This document shows positions 57,999 through 64,000 of a DNA stretch of 64,000 nt, piece by piece. A program made the translations under genes and the position numbers. The stretch is from contig JANOBV010000274.1 of NCBI GenBank assembly GCA_031411835.1, forward strand, positions 132-64,131, given 5' to 3'. The notes below the pieces were generated by a model that did not search any database, had not been told where the DNA came from, and was given only the letters and a program-made list of their open reading frames with translations. Each line of letters begins with the position of its first letter. Positions within the stretch are counted from its first letter, which is position 1. The stretch is from Bacteroidota bacterium (lineage in GTDB: Bacteria > Bacteroidota > Bacteroidia > AKYH767-A > 2013-40CM-41-45).

Positions 57999-60537
57999 GA
58001 TTTCGAAGTTCAACATAATTACTTTTTTATTGGTGGTCTTCTTTCCAATAACATTTTTCGGACAAACAATAGTCCGCGGATTAGTAACTGATGCGAAAAC
58101 CGGCGATCCTCTTCCTTTCGTAAGCGTCATTCTCGAAGGAACTACAGAAGGTCGAAATACTGATTTCAATGGTCAGTATTTTATGGAAACAAATACACCC
58201 GGTACGAAATTAAAATTCGTTTTAGTTGGGTATCAAACCGTCGTAAAAGATATTATTCAAGGACAATCTCAGATTACCTCCGTAAAAATGTCAATAGCAG
58301 CCAAAGAATTGAAAACTGTTGAGATAAAGGGAGAAAAACAACGATATAAGAATAAAAACAATCCGGCTGTTGAACTAATTGACCGTGTAATTGCTCACAA
58401 AAAACAGAATAGGAAAGATCAGTTAAAAGCATACGAATATGAAAAGTATGAGAAAGTACAATTTGCTTTAAGTAATATCACTGAGAAATTTAAAAATAAG
58501 CGTTACCTGAAAAACTTCCAGTTTGTTTTTGATAATCTCGATTCAAACCAAATGCCCGGTAAAGTAATCTTACCAATGTATTTGCAAGAAACTCTTTCTG
58601 AAGTTTATTATAAAAAAGACCCTAAGCGTAGTAAAGAAATTATCAAAGGAACTCACAAGGTAGATTACGATGATTTCGTGAACAACGATGGCATGTCTTC
58701 ATTCATTGCATATTTATATCAAGATGTAAATATTTACGATAATAGTGTACCAATTTTAACGAATCCGTTTATAAGTCCTATTTCCGATAATGGCCCACTT
58801 TTCTATCGATATTATATAAAAGATACTGTTATGGTAGACAGCACCAAATGCTATCATTTAATTTTTTATCCAAGAAACAAAGCTGATTTTATTTTTCAAG
58901 GTGAACTTTATATCACTTATGACTCTAACTATGCAGTAAGAAAAAATGAATTAACTGTTAGTCCTGATATTAATTTGAATTTTGTAAAGGAATTAAAACT
59001 TACACAAGAATATACAGAAGCATCGCCGGGTGAATGGTTACTAAGCAAAGACAATATATCCATAGATTTTGGAATTAGGGAAAACGGGCTAGGAATTTAC
59101 GGACAGCGAGCAGTAAGTTTTAAAAACTTTGCTTTAGATCAGCAAAAACCGGATACTTTTTATACAGGAGAAACTATTGTCACACCGGATTCTTCACAAA
59201 AACGTGGTGAAGAATATTTCGATAAATACAGGCATGGCGAGTTGACGGCTTCCGAAAAAGGCGTGTACCAAATGGTAGATAGCGTTCAGAAAGTTCCTGC
59301 ATTTCGACACACAATTAATTTATTAGAACTTCTATTTGCAGGCTATAAAGATTTCGGTCCTTTTGAAATTGGGCCTGTCAGTACGTTTTATAGCTATAAT
59401 CCCATAGAAGGTTTCCGTGCACGATTAGGAGGGCGGACGACAAAGAAATTCAGTGATCGGATCCAATTAGAATCATATGGAGTATATGGATTTACAGATG
59501 AACGGTGGAAATACTTTGTCGGAGTAAAAACAGCAATAGGTCAAAAATCATATTTGGATTTTCCGCAAAAAAATATTTATGCTTCATATCAGCATGAAAC
59601 TAAAATTCCGGGACAAGAATTGCAATTTGTTCAAGAAGACAATGCATTACTTTCAATCAAACGTGGGAAGAATGACAAACTTCTTTATAATAAAACTTTG
59701 AACCTTGAATTACAAAATGAAAGTGCAAATCATTTCTCCTACACTTTAGGTTTTCAGAACCTCATTCAATCGCCTGCAGGTACATTACATTTCAACAAAC
59801 TTGATTACAACGATACCACAGTTTCAATAAATGAGATTGAGACTTCAACGTTTAATTTAATGTTAAGATATGCACCACATGAAAAATTCTATCAAGGAAA
59901 AACATATAGAAGGGCAATGTTGAATGAATATCCAATCATGTGGGTTAGATATGAATTTTCGAAAAAGGATTTTTTAAAGAGTGATTATTCATATCATACA
60001 TTAACTGCAAATATTTTTAAAAGAGCATTTGCTGCACCTTTAGGTTATTCGGATATTGAAGTTGAAGCAGGAAAAATATTTGGCACCGTTCCATATCCAT
60101 TACTTGAAATACATCGTGCCAATCAGACTTTTTCTTATCAGTTACAATCATACAATCTGATGAATTTTCTTGAATTCGTTAGCGATGAGTATTTCTCGGT
60201 GAATTTCACACATTATTTTAATGGATTCTTTTTTAATAAAATTCCACTTTTCAAAAGACTTAAATGGCGAGAAGTTGCAACATTCAAATTGCTTTATGGA
60301 CGAATTACAGATGAGAACGACCCTGAAAAAAATCTTGATCTTCTACGATTGCCTACAAATCCCGATGGTTCACAAATCACTTATTCCTTAGAAGCTCGTC
60401 CATATATGGAAGCCAGCGTAGGGATAACAAATATTTTCAAGATCATTCGTATCGATCTTATTAAACGATTAAGCTATCTTGAGCATCAAAATGTTTCAGA
60501 ATTCGGAATCAGAGCAAGAGCCAAATTGGATTTTTAA
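57991..60537 (+). CDS. Carboxypeptidase-regulatory-like domain plus large beta-barrel protein (DUF5686-type)
   Basis: Start chosen at MLKISKFNIITFLLVVFFPITFFGQ (ATGCTTAA overlap with the GtrA stop). IVRGLVTDAKTGDPLPFVSVILEGT... Confidence 0.65.
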   Translation: MLKISKFNIITFLLVVFFPITFFGQTIVRGLVTDAKTGDPLPFVSVILEGTTEGRNTDFNGQYFMETNTPGTKLKFVLVGYQTVVKDIIQGQSQITSVKMSIAAKELKTVEIKGEKQRYKNKNNPAVELIDRVIAHKKQNRKDQLKAYEYEKYEKVQFALSNITEKFKNKRYLKNFQFVFDNLDSNQMPGKVILPMYLQETLSEVYYKKDPKRSKEIIKGTHKVDYDDFVNNDGMSSFIAYLYQDVNIYDNSVPILTNPFISPISDNGPLFYRYYIKDTVMVDSTKCYHLIFYPRNKADFIFQGELYITYDSNYAVRKNELTVSPDINLNFVKELKLTQEYTEASPGEWLLSKDNISIDFGIRENGLGIYGQRAVSFKNFALDQQKPDTFYTGETIVTPDSSQKRGEEYFDKYRHGELTASEKGVYQMVDSVQKVPAFRHTINLLELLFAGYKDFGPFEIGPVSTFYSYNPIEGFRARLGGRTTKKFSDRIQLESYGVYGFTDERWKYFVGVKTAIGQKSYLDFPQKNIYASYQHETKIPGQELQFVQEDNALLSIKRGKNDKLLYNKTLNLELQNESANHFSYTLGFQNLIQSPAGTLHFNKLDYNDTTVSINEIETSTFNLMLRYAPHEKFYQGKTYRRAMLNEYPIMWVRYEFSKKDFLKSDYSYHTLTANIFKRAFAAPLGYSDIEVEAGKIFGTVPYPLLEIHRANQTFSYQLQSYNLMNFLEFVSDEYFSVNFTHYFNGFFFNKIPLFKRLKWREVATFKLLYGRITDENDPEKNLDLLRLPTNPDGSQITYSLEARPYMEASVGITNIFKIIRIDLIKRLSYLEHQNVSEFGIRARAKLDF

Positions 60538-60538
60538 T

Positions 60539-61252
60539 ATGACAACAAGAGATCGACTTCAACATTTACTTCATCGCATTTTGCATCCACTAGTGAAATT
60601 TTTTATTTCAATCGGACTAACGCCTAATGGAGTGACAACAATTGGATTGATCTTGAATTTAGGAGTAGCTATCATTTTTATTATTGGCGCTGAATATGGC
60701 GCACGTGGTGATCTCTCCTATATCGGCTTTGGCGGAGCAATGATACTCTTTGCAGGAATGTTTGACATGCTCGATGGACAAGTAGCACGAATTGGAAATA
60801 TGACTTCACGCTTTGGTGCATTGTATGATTCCGTACTTGATCGCTACAGTGAAATGCTAATGTTTCTAGGAATCTGCTACTACCTCGTTGCGCATCATTA
60901 TTTTTTAAGTTCACTCGTAGGCTTCATCGGATTAATGGGATCATTGATGGTCAGTTATACTCGAGCACGAGCAGAGGGATTGGGCATTCCATGTAAAGAC
61001 GGATTAATGCAGCGTCCTGAAAGAGTTGTGACTATTGGGTTATCTGCGCTTTTGTGTGGCATAATTTCACATTACACAGAAGGTGAACACAAATGGATAA
61101 TTCCGGGAATTGAAAAACCATTTGAATCAATTGCAATTTTCACACTACCTTTAACGCTTGTTGCTATATTAGCAAACTATACAGCAATTCAGAGACTTCA
61201 AGCCTGTTATCGTTACATGACTGAGCAAGATAAAAATGCAAATACAATTTAA
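60539..61252 (+). CDS. CDP-alcohol phosphatidyltransferase (phosphatidylinositol-phosphate synthase candidate)
   Basis: DMLDGQVARIGNMTSRFGALYDSVLD exactly fits D-x2-D-G-x2-A-R-x8-G-x3-D-x3-D. Start taken at MTTRDRLQ, 1 nt after the previous stop. Confidence 0.85.
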   Translation: MTTRDRLQHLLHRILHPLVKFFISIGLTPNGVTTIGLILNLGVAIIFIIGAEYGARGDLSYIGFGGAMILFAGMFDMLDGQVARIGNMTSRFGALYDSVLDRYSEMLMFLGICYYLVAHHYFLSSLVGFIGLMGSLMVSYTRARAEGLGIPCKDGLMQRPERVVTIGLSALLCGIISHYTEGEHKWIIPGIEKPFESIAIFTLPLTLVAILANYTAIQRLQACYRYMTEQDKNANTI

Positions 61253-61257
61253 TTTAG

Positions 61258-61809
61258 ATGCTGAAAATATTTAGTCTGCTTTTTCTATTGTTAATTTCGG
61301 GAACAGAGTTTGCCGAAGAATACAAGCCTCATTTATATCCTGTTCCACCAACAAATGAAAATTCATTATTCTATGTTCAAAGAAGTAAGAATACTAATGC
61401 AATAGTATATGATCTGAATCGTCTTCCAGATGGAACACCGGATCCGAAAAATCCGATTCACATCTATTGGATTCGCTATGCCGTTGATAGTACAAAAGAG
61501 GAGCTTTCATACATTCAACAAAAATATGCTTACGGTCTAATTTCTCGTCCTTATAATGGACAAAAAAATGCCTATGTAGTTCAATTTGTATCGTATGACA
61601 AAAAGAATTTCTATCTTTTGCCAACGAGCACACCAAAGAAATACGCTGCCTACACTAATATAAATGGAAAGTTAGCAGAACTTAAAAAAGTCTTTATCAT
61701 GCTGAACGGCGGAACATTTTGGTTCCCTACGATTGAGTACATAGAAATGATCGGCAAAGATCCGGCAACACAACAAATAATCTCAGAACGATTTGTTCCA
61801 AAGAAATGA
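61258..61809 (+). CDS. Secreted protein of unknown function (DUF4833-like by context)
   Basis: 183-aa ORF with a signal peptide. Embedded in the inositol-lipid cluster. ATGA overlap with the next gene. Confidence 0.55.
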   Translation: MLKIFSLLFLLLISGTEFAEEYKPHLYPVPPTNENSLFYVQRSKNTNAIVYDLNRLPDGTPDPKNPIHIYWIRYAVDSTKEELSYIQQKYAYGLISRPYNGQKNAYVVQFVSYDKKNFYLLPTSTPKKYAAYTNINGKLAELKKVFIMLNGGTFWFPTIEYIEMIGKDPATQQIISERFVPKK

Positions 61810-62756
61810 TCATAGAAAATAATACCAAGGGAAGATCAACATCGAATTTATTGAGCAAGTTGATGGTCCCTTTGCTTTCCGTTCTATATCTAATAATTGC
61901 GCATTTTACTACTGGAATTAGAAACGATCACATTTTCCTTGTTGGAATTGTGAATGCATCATTTTTTATTTCAGATCTAACGAGACGATTCATCGTTGGC
62001 TTTTCAATCTTTGTTATCTACTGGATACTTTTCGATAGCATGAAGCTTTGGCCAAATTGGTCGTTCAACAATGTTGATATACTTCCAATTTACAATTTAG
62101 AAAAAAGCTTATTCGGGATTCATCATGGATCAACAGTTCTTACCCCGAACGAATATTTCAATTTACATCAAAATGTATTTTTCGATCTATTATGTTCAGC
62201 ATTTTATTTATGCTGGATTCCATTGCCACTAATTTTCGCTTTCTATTTGTTCAATTATAGAAAAGATCTTTTTCTTCGTTTTTCACTCGCGTTTTTCTTC
62301 GTAAATATTCTTGGATTCATAATATACTACACTCATCCGACGGCGCCACCATGGTATTACGAAGCATATGGGAATGTTTTAGATACATCGATCAAAAGTA
62401 ATGCAGCAGGACTAATTCGCTTTGACAAATATTTTGGAATTACTTTGTTTGAAGACCTCTATTCAAAAGGATCAAATGTTTTTGCAGCCATGCCATCATT
62501 ACATTCTGCTTATCCGTTGATCGGTTTCATTTATGCAAAGCGACTAAACAAAAAATATTTCATGTACATATTTGGAATAGTAAGTATTGGAATCTGGTTC
62601 TCTGCTATCTATTTATATCATCATTATACCCTAGATATAATTGTTGGAATTTCTTGCGCACTTTTAGGGATAGCAATTCTCGAGAAACTTATTTTCTCTT
62701 CCAATAAAGTAGAGAAATGGCTGCTTAATTTCGAAAAGTCAATTACACCGGTTTAA
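61806..62756 (+). CDS. PAP2-superfamily membrane protein, inositol phosphorylceramide synthase-like
   Basis: Multi-pass. PSLHSAYP and [11 protein letters not shown] match the SxH / HxxxD PAP2 motifs of AUR1/sphingomyelin-synthase-type enzymes. Confidence 0.7.
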   Translation: MIIENNTKGRSTSNLLSKLMVPLLSVLYLIIAHFTTGIRNDHIFLVGIVNASFFISDLTRRFIVGFSIFVIYWILFDSMKLWPNWSFNNVDILPIYNLEKSLFGIHHGSTVLTPNEYFNLHQNVFFDLLCSAFYLCWIPLPLIFAFYLFNYRKDLFLRFSLAFFFVNILGFIIYYTHPTAPPWYYEAYGNVLDTSIKSNAAGLIRFDKYFGITLFEDLYSKGSNVFAAMPSLHSAYPLIGFIYAKRLNKKYFMYIFGIVSIGIWFSAIYLYHHYTLDIIVGISCALLGIAILEKLIFSSNKVEKWLLNFEKSITPV

Positions 62757-64000
62757 CATCAGGCGTAAAGAGTAATTTGAAATTTGTTCCATCGAACAAT
62801 CCTTTATCACTCAATTTCAAATATGGTATTACTAACAATGCCATAAATGAAAGTGTCATAAAAGGCGCACCTAGAGTTGAACCCGCACTTTTCGCCATTG
62901 CATCAATTGCGGTATATTCCATTGCAACTTTAAAACCATCAGCAGCACTCATTAATCCGGCAACAGGTAATGCAACAACTTTCTCATCGCTTCCATTCAC
63001 ACAACTGACTCCACCTTCATGTGCTATGATCAAATTTACTGCGCGACATAAACTTTCGTCGTCGCAGCCGACTGCAACTATATTATGACTGTCATGCGCA
63101 ACAGAAGATGCAAGCGCACCTGATTTCAATCCAAAATTACGAATGAAAGCTTTGGCAACCGGAGCATTTTGATAGCGATTTACAACAACCATTTTCAAAA
63201 TATCATTCTTTGTGTCACTTTCAAAACAATTATTTATTACCGGAATTTTAAAGTCAAGTTTATTTGTGATCAATTGCCCGTCGAGAGCTTCTATAACAGG
63301 TAATGAGTCTCGCCCATCAGATTCGATCTTAAAATCTTCAGGTCTTTTTAACTTACAATTAAATTGATTGATAGGAATACATTTTTTTCTTTCGATAAAT
63401 GTTTTTCCATTTTCTGCAACTAGTTGCCCTTCGATATATGTATGAAGCACATTGAAATTTTCAAGATCATCAACAACAATAAAATCAGCGGCATCACCTT
63501 CCCGAAGGATTCCCATTTTTATTTTGTAATGTTCAACCGGATTTATAGTTGCAACTTGAATAATTTTATAAATATCTATCCCTTTTTTCACAGCTCGCGC
63601 ACACAGTTGATTGATGTGACCTTGAACCAAGCTATCGGGATGTTTATCGTCACTACAGAACATCATCATTTTGTAATGCTCGTTCACTAATCCAATCAAA
63701 GCTTCGAAATTTTTTGCCGCACTTCCTTCTCGAATGAGGATCTTCATTCCATACTTTAATTTATCTAGCGCTTCCTCCGCAGTAAAACATTCGTGATCTG
63801 TCGAAATACCTGCTTCAATATATTGTCGAGCTTGTTCACCTCTTAATCCGGGCGCATGTCCATCGACCGGTTTATTTAATTTATGAGCAGCTTTTATTTT
63901 GAGCATTACTTGTTCATCCTTGTATAGTACACCGGGGAAATTCATCATTTCACTTAGGTATAATATATCATCCGATTTTAAAAGCGTTTCAACTTGAACA
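62743..64000 (-). CDS. ade: Adenine deaminase (partial; N-terminus beyond the window end)
   Basis: ...[15 protein letters not shown]...[12 protein letters not shown]...[32 protein letters not shown]... The reading frame stays open to nt 64000. Confidence 0.85.
   Translation of the reverse strand, partial: VQVETLLKSDDILYLSEMMNFPGVLYKDEQVMLKIKAAHKLNKPVDGHAPGLRGEQARQYIEAGISTDHECFTAEEALDKLKYGMKILIREGSAAKNFEALIGLVNEHYKMMMFCSDDKHPDSLVQGHINQLCARAVKKGIDIYKIIQVATINPVEHYKIKMGILREGDAADFIVVDDLENFNVLHTYIEGQLVAENGKTFIERKKCIPINQFNCKLKRPEDFKIESDGRDSLPVIEALDGQLITNKLDFKIPVINNCFESDTKNDILKMVVVNRYQNAPVAKAFIRNFGLKSGALASSVAHDSHNIVAVGCDDESLCRAVNLIIAHEGGVSCVNGSDEKVVALPVAGLMSAADGFKVAMEYTAIDAMAKSAGSTLGAPFMTLSFMALLVIPYLKLSDKGLFDGTNFKLLFTPDVKPV

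Overview
AT-rich Bacteroidota-type chromosome segment. Supporting signs are a T9SS C-terminal sorting domain protein, a TTTG/TAnnTTTG-type promoter and an inositol-lipid gene cluster. There are three blocks.

(1) 1-29.2 kb, minus strand. A tightly coupled operon encodes only signal-peptide or lipobox proteins: a 653-aa outer-membrane-barrel-like protein, a 356-aa protein, a 195-aa lipoprotein, a 2145-aa protein with an SpvB/TcB-like N-terminus, a 229-aa protein, and a 4701-aa RHS/YD polymorphic toxin tipped with a metzincin (HELGHSAGALH). Its lipoprotein immunity candidate follows, then an array of orphan toxin-tip/immunity cassettes that share a conserved recombination handle. The giant gene carries about 7.4 kb of roughly 43 tandem cysteine-bracketed ~50-aa modules that I cannot assign to a named family. 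Seven near-identical 312-nt super-repeats lie within them. No T6SS, T9SS-CTD or TcA component is visible, so this operon is my main candidate for an undescribed RHS presentation/delivery system.

(2) ~32.3-49.5 kb. A mosaic genomic island abuts tRNA-Arg(CCU). It has a large serine recombinase whose ORF reads into the tRNA. It also contains a visibly GC-richer plasmid/phage-like block with iteron-like repeats, and a three-gene DUF262/GmrSD-like operon that is a candidate defence system. Other features are a perfect 70-bp palindrome spanning two divergent start codons and several decayed genes.

(3) 49.6-64 kb. Core genes: an outer-membrane barrel protein, a T9SS substrate, a complete inositol phospholipid/sphingolipid cluster and a partial adenine deaminase.
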